DNA of 64,000 nt, taken from Felis catus (Eukaryota). Positions 1-12,442 of the stretch are shown piece by piece (the first letter of the stretch is position 1; each line of letters begins with the position of its first letter). The stretch spans positions 103,356,001 through 103,420,000 of the forward strand of contig NC_058373.1 in the NCBI RefSeq assembly GCF_018350175.1, written 5' to 3'. The notes under the pieces are model-generated. The model was given only the letters and a program-made list of their open reading frames with translations. It was not told the DNA's origin and did not search any database. The translations under genes were made by a program, and so were the position numbers.

Positions 1-91
1 CCCGTACTGGATATTTTTAAAAGATTCTGGAATCCCTTCATTTGGAACATAATCTTAGCATGCTTTTTCTGTTCTGTGGTATGCTCTCCAG

Positions 92-280
92 GAAAAGGCA
101 GCAAAATGGAAAAACCCCGATGGCCACATGGACGGGCTCACTACAAATGGCGTCCTGGTGATGCATCCACGAGGGGGCTTCACCGAGGAGTCCCAGCCTG
201 GGGTCTGGCGTGAGATCTCTGTATGTGGAGACGTGTACACCTTGCGAGAAACCAGGTCGGCCCAGCAGAGGGGAAAGCTG
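92..280 (+). CDS. PELI2: Pellino-2 E3 ubiquitin ligase, penultimate coding exon (FHA-region; EKAAKWKNPDGHMDGLTTNGVLVMHP...AQQRGKL)
   Basis: Pyrimidine-rich acceptor ending ...ctccAG at 90-91, donor GTGAGT at 281. The exon is 189 nt (63 codons, phase 0). The peptide is the recognisable Pellino segment MDGLTTNGVLVMHP/WREISVCG and joins in frame to the exon at 7783. Confidence 0.96.
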
Positions 281-1544
281 GTGAGTGGTCTTCACTCTGG
301 AAAATGCACCGAACTGCAAAAGCCCAGCCTAAGGAGTGTCGTTTTTCTCCCCTGAAATTCAGAACCTTTGTAGGGGTACCAGGGCTGTGTTCCATTGACC
401 CAGGAAAACGAGAATTCCACAGGCCCCTGAAAGTGCTAGGGAAAAAGGCTTATTTCCTTCAATGATTAAGCTTTTCCCATAGTAGAAGAAAATTACCTTT
501 TTGTTCCTCGCCTACCTTAATAGCATATCTTTCATTATATGCTTCACCGCAGAATTCTGCTTAAATTCGATAAAGAAAGATAAACTTATTTTTAGTGTAA
601 AACTTTACTAATTTGGAAAAATCCTGAGCTGTCCAAGACTAATTAGTGAAAATTATGAATTACAGAAGTATTTACTAGACTTCCTGGAACTAAAAGAGAA
701 TTAAGTTAGCTTTTTTCCTTTGAGTTCATAGTAAGAAATTAATACGTAGTTCCCTATATAATTCACCAAAATCATAAAACTTTTTACTTGAAATAATTCA
801 TAGAGGGTATTGATCTGACATGTTAATATTTTCCTATAAATATCACTACTTATCCCAAATGACCTAAAGCAGTTGGTTTTTTAACCCTTTCTTCTATGGA
901 GAATAATTGTTAAACCCTTAAATGGGAAGCTTTGGGTTTCTGATCTTACCACGCCTGCGGGACACGGTACCGGAAGTTTCTAAGTAAACTTTCTACTCCA
1001 GTGCCTTTAATTAATTGTTAGGTAGAAGCCAGAATATGAGAGAACAAATATTTGATTCAGAACACCTCCCTAGAAAAACATAAGAGTCATCTAGCATTTT
1101 TCAGCAAGATGACAACCAAGTATTACTAAAGCGGAAAAAGAAGATGGCAGGGATGCTGTTTCACTAGCCTGGTTGGCTAGTCTCTGCTAGATGTTAGTTT
1201 GTAGGGAATTGTTACTTTTATTTCTATTTTACATCATTACTGAGCTACAAGTACAGCTTCTGCATTTTACAGTAAAGCCCAGTATTAGAACATCCTGGCT
1301 GAGTAAATATGAGAAGCGTTTTCTAAGAGAGCCCAAAGCAAATACAGTAATCTCTGTTTAAACACTTTTCAAGAGACTAGGGCACAGAATGTGAAAGCAG
1401 GTCTTCCAGATAACTTTGTTTCTGATCACTGGATAACTTTATACAAAAACTGACCTAGGTTGGCCGAACTGGTTATCGGTCATTAGAATGGCCATAGTAG
1501 AAGTTAGTAAATGGTTGCTGGGGGCAGGCACTACGTTAACATTT

Positions 1545-1710
1545 CAGAGACCGTAACTCATTACATCTGAGCAACTTTATTCAAAGAAGTGGGATCGTGC
1601 CCATCTTATGGATGAGGAAAGTATGGCATAGGGAGGTTAATTATTGTGAAGGGTTACCAGAGTTAGAAGGTAGCAGCAGATGGGATTGAAACTCAGTCCT
1701 CCCTGACTGA
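1545..1710 (-). mobile_element. MIR SINE remnant
   Basis: Core-like cccatcttatggatgaggaaa...gaggttaa...gggattgaaactcag. Confidence 0.6.
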
Positions 1711-2859
1711 GGGTCTAGACTCCAGGCCTCCACTAGGTATCAGCTCGTGGGGAGCATCACCTGGCTCTCACCCGAGGTGCTTGACACCAGAGCATTTGCT
1801 TCCCTAGGAAATACAGAGGGTATGTCAGAGTCCGTGTAGGGCACATCTGTCTTCAAGGGCACATTTATAGGATGGGTTTCTTGCCTACTCTGGTGATTGT
1901 GCAGTGACCCAGCTCAGGCTGTGTGTGCCAGAGAAGGTGGCCGTGCTACTGAAAAGAAACCACTCCAAAAATAGCTTGTATTCACGAGCTGTACTAAATC
2001 TAGACTATTTTCAAAGTTAGTCCCTACAGGAGACCCTTAGATCTGCCCAACATTGTGCTGTACTGTTGGATAGTGTACGATTGGCTTGGTCTACAGTAAA
2101 GGTTTCTGAGTTTCCATCAGTCTAACTTTGCACTGTGGGGATAAAAGGACCCATCCTCCCCTGCAACTCCCTCTGATTAACCAGGGGAACAGTTTGAGGA
2201 GAAAACCCACTGATTCTTCCAGCTTATGTTTCAATTGATGACTCCTTCTGTGCATGTGGCTGTTGTATTGATGTAAAGTTTCTACCAAGAGATTCGATTT
2301 AGAGAACAGTCTCTGACGGTACTCTCCATTTTCAGTTGAACACAAAAAATGTGGAGAATAAAGTGATCTGCGAAAAATCCAGAACATTATAAAAGTAGCA
2401 GGTGCCTCCTGCTTTCAGTGTGGAACTAGTGCTGGTAGAAGGTTCTGTGTTAATATCCTGCTTGGCATTTAATGTGCCAATGTGTTAACAACTTCCTTGG
2501 TTTCTCATCACACCAGCTTTGTCCTTGATCCACAACCAATTAAATGTGGGGGGAAATGCCCTTTCAGGAGCTTAACCCCCCCACCCCAAATAAATAGGTG
2601 AATAGGCTTTGAACTGTATCCTATTCCTTTACCTAGTTGATAACTTTCTATCAATAGTCTTATCAATAGTTTTAATATTGCTCTATTAAGTATGAGTGTA
2701 CTAGATATCTACTAGATCTCTACTAGATACATAGATCTATCAAATTATATTTGGAGTATTTAATTAAACTATATTGGCTCTGTAAAATTTAGTAAATTCA
2801 GCAAAGTTCATTTGCTTACCTAATTTTAGGTGATCTGAAAATAACCCTAGTGTTCCGTG

Positions 2860-3030
2860 CAGGCTTTATGAAGTGCTTCATATTAAGTCTCTCTTAGGCA
2901 TTACTCAGAGCAACCTCATGGGATCAGTGTTGTCATTCCCACTTACAGATAACCAGGGATTTAAAAAGTTGATACTCAACTTGTAAGTAGTGGGTGGGGA
3001 TTTGAATTCTCTACCCTAAACTTAGCTAAC
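2860..3030 (-). mobile_element. MIR SINE remnant
   Basis: caacctcatggga...attcccacttacagat...gggatttgaa resembles the MIR core. Confidence 0.5.
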
Positions 3031-3953
3031 TGATCACTTTTAACTGTCTTACTTCTGAAAGGTAAGTGTCGATTCCTTGGGCTTTCTCCTTGCCTTTTTT
3101 TTTCTTTTTTTTCTTTTTGTGGAATTTGAGAAACAAATATATGATGAACCTATGCCTCTGCATGCTCCCTCCTACACACTGTAGTCTGGAGAAAACTACG
3201 CTTTGTTCACAGTTAAGAGAGAGCCCACAAAAAATAACGGTTATTGTTTGAGCAGCCTCTTTCCATCACTGGTTCTGAAGTCCGGTCACAGATCTGGGTG
3301 CTCATTGCCACTGTGAGGAGTGCTGCAGTCTCAAATCAACGACTTGACCTCTCTGTGCCTGGCTTCGTGTGCATTTAATTGGAATAGTGCCGGTCCATAC
3401 CTTAGCGGATCATGGAGAGAGCAAAGTGCAGATGGGAACAGGACTGCACAGCAGTCCATGGTTGGGTAGCTGTTCTGACAAAGCAGGGGTAGGAGCTGGG
3501 AATCCAGCAGTGAACAGGATGCCCAGGGCTCTGCCCTCCAGTTGTCCCATCTGGAGAAGGTCACAGACAATGCAACCAGTCAATTAGCATATTGTATGTA
3601 ATGAACACAGTCTTGTACTAGAAGGGACAGGAGGAACCTATTCTATCCTTGGAGGAGTCAAGAATGTGTGGAAAATAAAAGACCAGGGACTCAAAATTTA
3701 TGTTGTTTACCAAAAACTGCTTTGTAGGAAGGAAAGACGGGGTTGTTCACCAGTGTGGCCACTACTGAACCTCAGTGTCTTAACCACATCAGAATTATTC
3801 TTTCAGATGTGGTTACATGCTTAGATAAGATGTCCCTGAGAATTACCTGTGGTCAGCACAGGAAGGGAGCCTCGTGCCAGGCTGTGAGAGGGGAGGGGAC
3901 CATGCAGCACTGGGGAGGGGGGGCAGTGAGGGGGGGAGGGAGCTGCAGCAAAA

Positions 3954-5733
3954 TTTTTTTTAATACATAATTTATTGTCAAATTAGCTAACATACAGTGT
4001 ATACAGTGTGCTCTTGGTTTGTGGGGTAGATTCCCATGATTCATCACTTACATACAATACCCAGTACTCATCCCAACAAGTGCCCTCCTCAGTGTCCATC
4101 ACCCATTTCCCCCCTCCCCCATACCCCATCCACCCTGTTTGTTCTCTGTATTTAAGAGTCTCTTGTGGTTTGCCTCACTCTCTGTTCGAATCTATTTGTC
4201 CCCCTTCCATTCCCCCATAGTCTTCTGTTACGTTTCTCAAGTTCCACATGAGTGAAAACATATGATGTCTTCTTTCTCTGACTTATTTTACTTAGCATAA
4301 CACCTTCCAGTTCCATCCATGTTGCTGCAAATGGCATGATTTCATTCTTTCTCATTGCCAAGTAGTATTCCATTGTATATACAAACCACATCTTCTTTAT
4401 CCATTCATCAGTTGATGGATATTTGGGCTCTTTCCATAATTTGGCTATTGTTGAAAACACTACTATAAACATTGGGTACACGTGCCCCTATGCATCAGCA
4501 CTCCTGTATCTTTGGATAAATTCCTAGCAGTGCTTGCTGGGTCATAGGGTAGATCTATTTTTAATGTTTTGAGGAACCTCCACACTGTTTTCCAGAGCGG
4601 CTGCACCAGTTTGTATTCCACCAACAGTGCAAGAGGGTTCCTGTTTCTCCACACCCTCGCCAGCATCTGTAGTCCTGAGTTGTTAATTTTAGCCACTCTG
4701 AGCGATGGGAGGTGGTATCTCAATGTGATTTTGATTTGTATTTCCCTGATACATGAAAAGATGCTCAACATCACTCATCATCTGTTGGCCATCTGGATGT
4801 CTTCTTTGGAAAAGTATCTATTCAGTCTTCTGCCCATTTCTTCACTGGATTATTTGTTTTTCGGATGTTGAGTTTGGTTAAGTTCTTGATAGATTTTGGA
4901 TGCTAACCCTTTATCCAATATGTCATTTGCAAATATCTTCTCCCATTCTGTCAGTTGCTTTTTACTTTTGTTGATTGTTTCCTTTGCGGTGCAGAAGATT
5001 TTTGTCTTGATGAGGTCTCAGTAGTTCATTTTTGCTTTTGTTTCACTTGCCTTGGGAGACATGTCTAGCAAGAAATTGCTGCAGCTGAGGTCAAAGAGAT
5101 TATTGCCTATTTTCTCCTCTAGGGTTTTGATGGTCTCTTGTCTCACATTTAGGTCTTTTGTCCGTTCTGAGTTTATTTTTGTGCATCGTGTGAGAAAGTG
5201 GTCCAGTTTCACTCTTCTGCATACTGCTGTCTAGTTCTCCCAGTACCATTTACTAAAGAGACTGTCTTTTTTCCATTGGATATTGTTTTCCTGCTTTGTC
5301 AAATGGCCATACATTTGTGGGTCCAATTCTGGGCTCTCTATTCTATTCCATTTGTCTATGTGTCTGTTCTTGTGCCAATACCATACTGTCTTGATGATTA
5401 CAGCTTTGTAGTAGAAGCTAAAGTCCAGGATCATGATGTCTTCCACTTTGGTTTTCTTTTTCAACATAACTTGGCTATTCAGGGTCTTTTGTGGTGCCAT
5501 ACAAATCTTAGCTTTGTTCTAGCTTTGAGAAGAATGTTGGTGCAATTCTGATTGGGATTTCATTGAATGTGTAGATTGCTTTGGATAGTATTGACATTTT
5601 AACAATACTAATTCTTCCAATCCATGAGCATGGAATGTTTTTTTATTTCTTTGTGTCTTCCTCAACTTCCTTCATAAGTTTTGTATAGTTTTCAGCGTAC
5701 TATTTGAGTTAGGTTTATTCCTAGATTTTTTAT
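3954..5733 (-). mobile_element. 5'-truncated carnivore/felid LINE-1 (ORF2 C-terminal third + 3' UTR), antisense in the PELI2 intron
   Basis: Minus-strand ORFs give L1 ORF2 peptides ([53 protein letters not shown]). There is a T-rich tail at ~3954. Confidence 0.95.
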
Positions 5734-5949
5734 AAATATGTGTTCAGTTTGGGCTTGATCCTGAGGGCAGAGGAGAGCCAGCAAAGACTTTTGAGTCAGA
5801 GAATGACAGACAATTTCTCTGCCTGCCCTTCTCACGGTTCTTTGCCCCTGCCTTGCTTGGGGATGGCCCTGGTTCTGTCCCTGGGCCTCTCTGCCCTCCC
5901 TGAGACCCTGCCTGGACAGTCTTGTCCACTTCCCGGGGCTTCACCCCAG

Positions 5950-6580
5950 TGCCGTTAAGTCCCGGACCAGCTTCTCTAAGCCAGCTCTTTAGTCACGCGA
6001 GCCTCTTGTGTATCGCCGTGCAGGCCCCCACACGACACTCCGCTTTTGCACACCCAAAACTGAATTTCTGTCCCTTCCCCCAAATCTGCCATTTCTCCTA
6101 GATTCCCTGTGCCCGGAAAGCCTCCTCCCATGCAGACCATAAAGCCAGATCCAGAAGCGTGTCTTTCTTAATCCAGGAGCTAAGTCCTCAGTGTTCAGTA
6201 TCTCTGCCTGGGCTGTTGCCACGGATTGTCTTTGTTGAGGTGCACCCATCCTCTCGGCCCGGAGAGAGAACTCCCACGGTGTTCTTAACCCATCCAACCC
6301 ATCCTCCACACTTCTGGAAGTGACCTTTGGGAAAGGCAGATCTGTTCTTTTATAGCCGCTTAAAACTCTGTGTTGATGGCCTCCAGGCACGGGAGGCCAG
6401 CCTGAGGCTCTCGTCCAGCCGGGCTCGGTCGCCTGTGGAATAACTGCTGCCCCCTCGTGCCGTGCTGCTGAGCCTTTGCATGCCTCTTTCTGGAGAGTCT
6501 TCTAGCCCACCCACTGGGTCCTGACAACTTTTTCAAATCTCCGCGCCAGGCAAACCCTTTTCAAAAAGCCTTTCTGACCT
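5950..6580 (+). mobile_element. Degenerate LINE-2 fragment
   Basis: C/T-rich with L2-like words (cccaaaactgaatt, atcctccacact, cttaaaactct). An L2-like 3' piece resumes at ~6830-6970 after a MIR. Confidence 0.5.
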
Positions 6581-6599
6581 TCTGTCATCAAAGCGAAAG

Positions 6600-6805
6600 T
6601 AGCAAATGTGTACACAGTGCTTCCTGCATGCCAGTTCTCAGAACTTGGTCTGTTTCAACCCTCAAGATCCCCTTGTCCGGTTTTACGGAAGGGGCAACCT
6701 AGGCACAGGCTGCTGAAGTCACCGCCCCAGGTTGGAGCTAGTGCGTGACCGAGCCAAGGTGCAGCCCAAGGCCGTGCGCCGCAAAGGCCACACTCTTAGC
6801 CTGTG
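6600..6805 (-). mobile_element. MIR SINE remnant
   Basis: ttttacggaaggggcaacctaggcacag...ccccaggttggagctagt resembles the MIR core. Confidence 0.55.
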
Positions 6806-7039
6806 TGCTGAGGTAGCCTCGCACGACAATTTCAGCGCTGTACTGACCTTCGCTGGCTCCTGGCTCTAGCGTGTCTGCCTCCCACCACTAAAGACGTGTC
6901 TTCAGGACGGGAGAGAAGCTTTATTACCCACGGGGCTCAGAGCACAGCAGGCACGTGGAGGGCACTGGTTGGGCTCCCGCCCGCTGTGTCTGCCGCTTCT
7001 CGTCAGGTGCCCAGCATTCCATTTTAAAAGCGAAACCTA

Positions 7040-7199
7040 GGGGCGCCTGGGTGGCTCAGTCAGTTGAGCATCTCACGTCATGATCTCACAGTTCATGAGT
7101 TCAAGCCCCGCATGGGGTTCGCTGCTGTCAGTGCAGAGCCCCCTCCCTCTCTGCCCGTTCCCCATTTTTATTCTCTCTTGCAAAAATAAACATTTAAAA
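7040..7199 (+). mobile_element. Can-SINE (SINEC_Fc-type), internally deleted
   Basis: GGGGCGCCTGGGTGGCTCAG head, CT-rich segment, AAAAATAAA tail. Confidence 0.9.
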
Positions 7200-7782
7200 C
7201 TTTTTTTTTTTTTTAATGAAGGCTAACGGCGAACGCTTCTCCAAACCATAGCAACGCAGGACAGGCAGTAGGTTGTATGAAGCTGAGGGTGACCAGGCAG
7301 TGTCCGGACCACTGCAGTCATTATCGCAGGGCCCACAAGCATCTTCTGGATCACTTCTGGTCACAGCGAATCTTCACAGTCAATACTGCATGGACTGGTA
7401 GGACATCTCCTGTCCTGTGTGAGATCAAGGATTCTAGAACAGTGTTACTTAGAGTTTCACTTTTCCTCTATAAGATTTGTGGTGTTCATTAAGTAACCAC
7501 AGTACAGTAATTGAACATGTAAAGCTGGTGTATGTGTGCTCTTTAGGGCTTTGTGAGTATGGCAGATCCGTGTTCCATCCAGTGTTCCAGTGAGGAAACC
7601 AGCTCCAGGAAGGGGTTACCCACCCCCACCCCCACCCCCCAGTCTTGTTCTTCAGGGAGGCAGGGGGTAAGCTGCCTGCCTGTGTTTCCTTGAAAGATGA
7701 TTTCTATCTTGAGAGCAAAAGAACGTTAGCGTGATTTGCTGAATTTTGCTTTTAAAAGGCATGTCTTTCAAACTTGTTCTAG

Positions 7783-8349
7783 GTGGAGAGTGAGACCAAC
7801 GTCCTGCAGGACGGCTCCCTCATTGACCTGTGCGGGGCCACCCTTCTCTGGAGAACAGCAGACGGCCTTTTCCATACTCCAACGCAGAAACACATCGAAG
7901 CGCTCCGGCAGGAGATCAATGCCGCCCGGCCACAGTGTCCCGTGGGGCTCAACACCTTGGCCTTCCCCAGCATCAATAGGAAGGAGGTGGTGGAGGAGAA
8001 GCAGCCCTGGGCATACCTCAGCTGCGGCCACGTGCACGGGTACCACAACTGGGGCCACCGGAGCGACACGGAGGCCAATGAGAGAGAGTGTCCCATGTGC
8101 AGGACTGTGGGCCCCTACGTGCCTCTCTGGCTCGGCTGCGAGGCAGGGTTTTATGTAGACGCAGGACCACCAACTCATGCTTTCACCCCTTGTGGACACG
8201 TGTGCTCAGAAAAGTCTGCGAAATACTGGTCTCAGATTCCGTTGCCTCATGGAACTCACGCATTTCACGCTGCCTGCCCTTTCTGTGCTACCCAGCTGGT
8301 TGGGGAACAGAACTGCATCAAATTAATTTTCCAAGGTCCAGTTGACTGA
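7783..8349 (+). CDS. PELI2: Pellino-2 last coding exon with CHC2CHC2 RING-like domain, ending ...KLIFQGPVD*
   Basis: ORF 7783-8349 starts right after the AG acceptor (the first codon is GTG=Val, not a start). It carries LIDLCGATLLWR, CGHVHG, CPMC, CGHVC and CPFC. Residues such as VESETNVLQDG, FHTPTQKHIEALRQ and HRSDTEANERE match PELI2 rather than PELI1/3 as I recall them. Confidence 0.97.
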   Translation: MESETNVLQDGSLIDLCGATLLWRTADGLFHTPTQKHIEALRQEINAARPQCPVGLNTLAFPSINRKEVVEEKQPWAYLSCGHVHGYHNWGHRSDTEANERECPMCRTVGPYVPLWLGCEAGFYVDAGPPTHAFTPCGHVCSEKSAKYWSQIPLPHGTHAFHAACPFCATQLVGEQNCIKLIFQGPVD

Positions 8350-11300
8350 TGCCCTTGACAGCCATCTACGACTTTATTAACAAGTTACTGTGAAGATTTT
8401 GCCACTAACTCTAGATTTTACCTTTTTATAATGCTGTTTATTAAGGGGAGGGGGGGGCTGAGGCTGGTGGGGGGGGAAGGGGGGGGACATGGTGACGAGA
8501 CATGCCAGGAACTTAAGGCATCGGGTGTGTTGCATGCTCAAAAAAGCGGCATCGTCATTGAAGCCTGCTTGATGAAACCATAATCTTTGTCATAATTGGA
8601 TTTAAAATGCCATGCTTTTATTTGAACCTTGGGTTTTCAAACAATGTTTTCCTTTGTAAACTTGGATGAGACTTTAAAATCCTATTTTACAAATGTAGAA
8701 GAAATTTATTCAGAAGTTGGCTCTAAATGGGCGACCTTCCATGCTGCGTGGTGTAGGTGTGAATGGAAAGACATGCAGGGCCTGGGAGTACGTGATACAG
8801 GCTAGAATCTGACCAGCTCCCACCGCGGTGGCGGTGGCGGTGGGGAGATGTTAGGCACAGGTGGCGGTTTTGAAATCCGGGGTTTTCAGATTTTTCTTTT
8901 TTTGGGAAAAGAATATTCATATACTGTCGTGTGTTTTTGTTTTTAGTTGGGTGGAATTCGATGACTTTATCTACTCAGTCATCAAATACCTTGGCATTTC
9001 AAAGACATTTCCGTAACTTTTTAGTCTGCCTTTTGTTGCTTCTGTTTAAGATGGTCTGTCCCTGATTGTATGGCCACAACCGTTGGGTTGATTAAAATGC
9101 AGCAACTCTTAAAAATTCATTAACTAAAGGTGATTATTAATTGCAGCAGTCAGCATGGCCTGGGTACTATACCATCAAGTTCCTTTGCTTACTGAATTGC
9201 TCAAGATTTATGAGTGATTAAAAATAAGATTTTACTTTTTAAAACCACTTGTTGGGGTTTCCTAAGGTGTTTTTTTTCCTTCCTTAAAAAGGCCAAACTT
9301 CGGAGAGCCTAAAAGCAACGTATCACCACGATTCAGTGGCTTTTGTTCACTCCCTCACTGCCATCTGTCACCTTCTCTTGCAGCTTATGGAGCCCTGTAA
9401 GTTTTGAAAATGTTTGCAAATCAAACCAAATTTAAATGTGATCATTAGATATATACAACACCAAGCAGTACATCTGCAGGGATAATTTGGAATTCCAGAT
9501 TTCAAGAGAGCAAATGAGTGTTTACTGAGGAATAATTAAATCAGAATTTCACATGAGCACCACCAACCCTTCTGTTAGCTCCATTTCATTTTGAATAATT
9601 CTCAGATACTCATTCTCTGTCCTCAGTACCTACGGTATCCCTGCTACCGGAACGTAAAGGTTCTTGAGGACAGGCGACGGATTGCCACAGCTGGCTGACG
9701 TGAAGTAGATTCCTGCCGCACAGAGCAAGTATTTATTTCTACTAACATCCTCTAAAATTGACCATTGCAGATTCATGCTACATTTTAACCTTTCTAAAGT
9801 TATAGAATTTATAGGCTTCTAATAGACTGCATTTACACTTGACCGTCTTTCCATGTTTTGCCTCCTGGTAAATATGTTGCCCTGTTTTCAATTGTTCTAA
9901 GACATCTTGAATGTCTTTTTCCTTAAAGGGATTACTGTTGATTGCTACCGCGTAATTTGACCTAGTATCTAAAAAGTTCAGCTGCTCAGTTTTAAAAAAG
10001 CTTTACTTTTCAATGGAGGTGATTGTGTGGGAGGAGACATTTTTGGTAATTTTTAAGTGATGCAAAAATCCAACAACAGTCCTCTTACTGATAGGGTAAG
10101 TCATAAACTATCTCCAGACAGCTGGAATTGCCTAGATTCACGTGTCACATGCCTTTTTCTTTAGCCTCAGACTCCAATGACTAACTTTCTCTTAGAGTCT
10201 CTTTAATTTGTGCTTCTTTGGGCTCCACAAAATGATAAAGGAGGCAACAGTCCCTTTTCTTGCTCTCTGGCTAGAAAGTGGTTTGAGGAGCCTGGATACC
10301 CTAAAAGCATCTTGTAAAGTAAATGGCCTTGCATCTAGAAGGGCTGGATTTTTCCTATCAAAAACATTTCCGGAAAGTTACAATCTGCTGTAATCTTCTG
10401 TTTCGAGGACTACAACAGTTCAGGGTCTAGCAGTTTTATGTGGAACACATGCCCCCAGATAATCTTCCAACGTGCAAAGTTCCTTTTGACTTTTAGTAAA
10501 TGGAGATACCTAAGTAGAAGTCAAATTTTGGCTAATAAATCTCAAGCTCTTGGAAGGGCTAACAGGAAACATACTCTCTCTTCACACCTTCTCCTTTGAC
10601 TTCCCAGTGAGATCCCCTCCCATTCTGCCTAAGGAACCGCAGAGAGGTGGCAAGTCTGGGAAAAGAAGCCAGGTTCAGCTTGGCCACTTCCAGCAAGAAT
10701 CGCTTATAACTTGGACTAAGGAGTTTGTTCCAGACATGAGAGCAATTTAGTTTGTGAGAATAGACAAGTCTAGCTCGCCAAAGTAGAGTAATACAGTTCA
10801 GAAAAAGTAACTTCGCAGAGATGACTTCTGTTTTTGTTTTGCTTGCCTGCTTGAGGAGCGAACCCTGCTCCCCCAGCTGTACACCTAGGAATTATCCTGA
10901 TCTTGACCTGATCAAAATGCCTTTTGTGAATAGGTCACTAGAAGTGAAGCCCCGGTGATGTATTCCCATAGTAAATTTCTTCAGTTGTCAGTTTACTATT
11001 TAAAAAAAAATAAAATGGATGGGATACAACCCTGAATATTTTTCTAGTCGAATTTTTTTATTAATAATTGGTGCTGTCAGGTCATGCATGCTGCAACTCA
11101 ACATTTCCCTTATTTGGTTCTTTTTTTTTTTTTTTTTTTTGCAAAAAGGGCTACAGTTCACACTGCAGAGTAAGTATTAAACTTTCTGGGTTTTTCTTTT
11201 CCCCCCACTGTGGCCCAAAAGAATTAAAATCTTTTTATATAGAGAGCATATTTATCATTCCTCAATAGTTAATTATAGAGTTTGGTACCTTTGTGCCTCA

Positions 11301-12247
11301 GGGAAGCCACGTGACGTAACTGGTTATAGAATTTCAGGGTTAGGGTTTAAAGAAAGGAGAAAGCCATTGGAAAAATGATGGGCTCCATTAAGGAGACTAA
11401 TGAATCTGGATGCAGAAGTATGCCAGGACCTGGCATATGCATGATTGTATTAGAATTTATTTCCAGTGTCAATAGGGAAACCTTAAGTTATTACATATAC
11501 TGTATTAGGAAAGTCGAGAACTCTTCTTCATCAAGCTTCCATGCTTTATTTCATTTTTGCTGACGTGAAACTTCAAACCCCTTTTGGGAGAGCTCAGTAT
11601 TGTTATTTGGGCACTTTTGAAAGTTTAAAGGGAGTGTGTTTTCTCCTGAATTTTCTCCTAGGTTGAAGAATTGTTAGCTGCAGTTCTAGGATTTTGATCA
11701 ACTTTTTAAAAGCTATTCTGTGCTTTGGATTTGTGTGAAAGGAGGTGCGATTTCAGCATTGTTCATGCTGACTACGATCTAGTGAGCTTCAGGCAGTTTT
11801 GCCTTGCAAGAGTGGAATTTCTGATAGGCAAACCACACAACCTTGATTTTAAGCCAGATCCAGCTCCGTTCCCTTGGCAGGTGATCTTATAGCCCCCTAG
11901 TTTAGCCTTCATGGGCTGAGGGGATGACGTTCCTCTTCCAGGGCTGAAAATAGAACACAGCTCTGTTATCATTTCTTTAGGACCCCAAGGCCAAGGAGAC
12001 AACTCCAGGATTTTTTTTTTTTTTAACAATGTAAACATTACAAAACTAGTAAAACAAAGAAGGTTCAGTATTTCTTTTTAAGTAAAATTTATATCCTCTC
12101 AAGTTTTCACCTTCATGAAAAAGCCCTAGAGGAAGGTAGGAAAAAGCAAATATTTTTCCAGTCCTACTTAACCGTTTCTAAACAAAAGTAAACTTGATGA
12201 AAGGGAAATTATTTCTTTTTAGGTGAGATGACAGATCATTCCTCTGT

Positions 12248-12257
12248 ATTAAATAAA
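12248..12257 (+). terminator. Candidate proximal polyadenylation signal (overlapping ATTAAA/AATAAA)
   Basis: ATTAAATAAA at 12248-12257 near the end of the 3' UTR. Confidence 0.4.
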
Positions 12258-12436
12258 TAGTCTAGAAGTTAAGGGGTGGTCCTATTTACCATGTATAGTG
12301 TTACAAGCAGTTAAATTTTATGGATATATTTGTAAAACTGTTCTTTTATATTTCATGTCAAATTGAAAAGTTTATTTCTTCACTATTGTAACCTGTGGAA
12401 ATACAAGCCATTTTACAGGAAAAATCTTCAAAAATT

Positions 12437-12442
12437 ATTAAA
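12437..12442 (+). terminator. Candidate distal polyadenylation signal ATTAAA with downstream GU-rich element
   Basis: ATTAAA followed within ~15-30 nt by TGTTTGTGAGTTGTTGTC. Confidence 0.55.

Larger units (their letters stand above)
281..7782 (+). other. PELI2: Last intron of PELI2 (GT-AG, phase 0)
   Basis: GTGAGT at 281 and ...cttgttctAG at 7781-7782. The spliced junction reads QRGKL|VESETNVLQDG. Confidence 0.94.

Noticed and set aside
128..355. 75-aa ORF MDGLTT... as a standalone gene
   Set aside because: It is the internal PELI2 exon read past the splice donor at 281 into the intron.
7736..8345. Overlapping alternative-frame and antisense ORFs (140, 143, 105, 85 aa) over the last PELI2 exon
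   Set aside because: Expected shadows of a GC-rich coding exon, with no recognisable domains or independent start context.
8347..8358. Stop-codon readthrough of PELI2
   Set aside because: The context is TGA-TGC rather than the TGA-CTAG motif, and another in-frame TGA follows after two codons.
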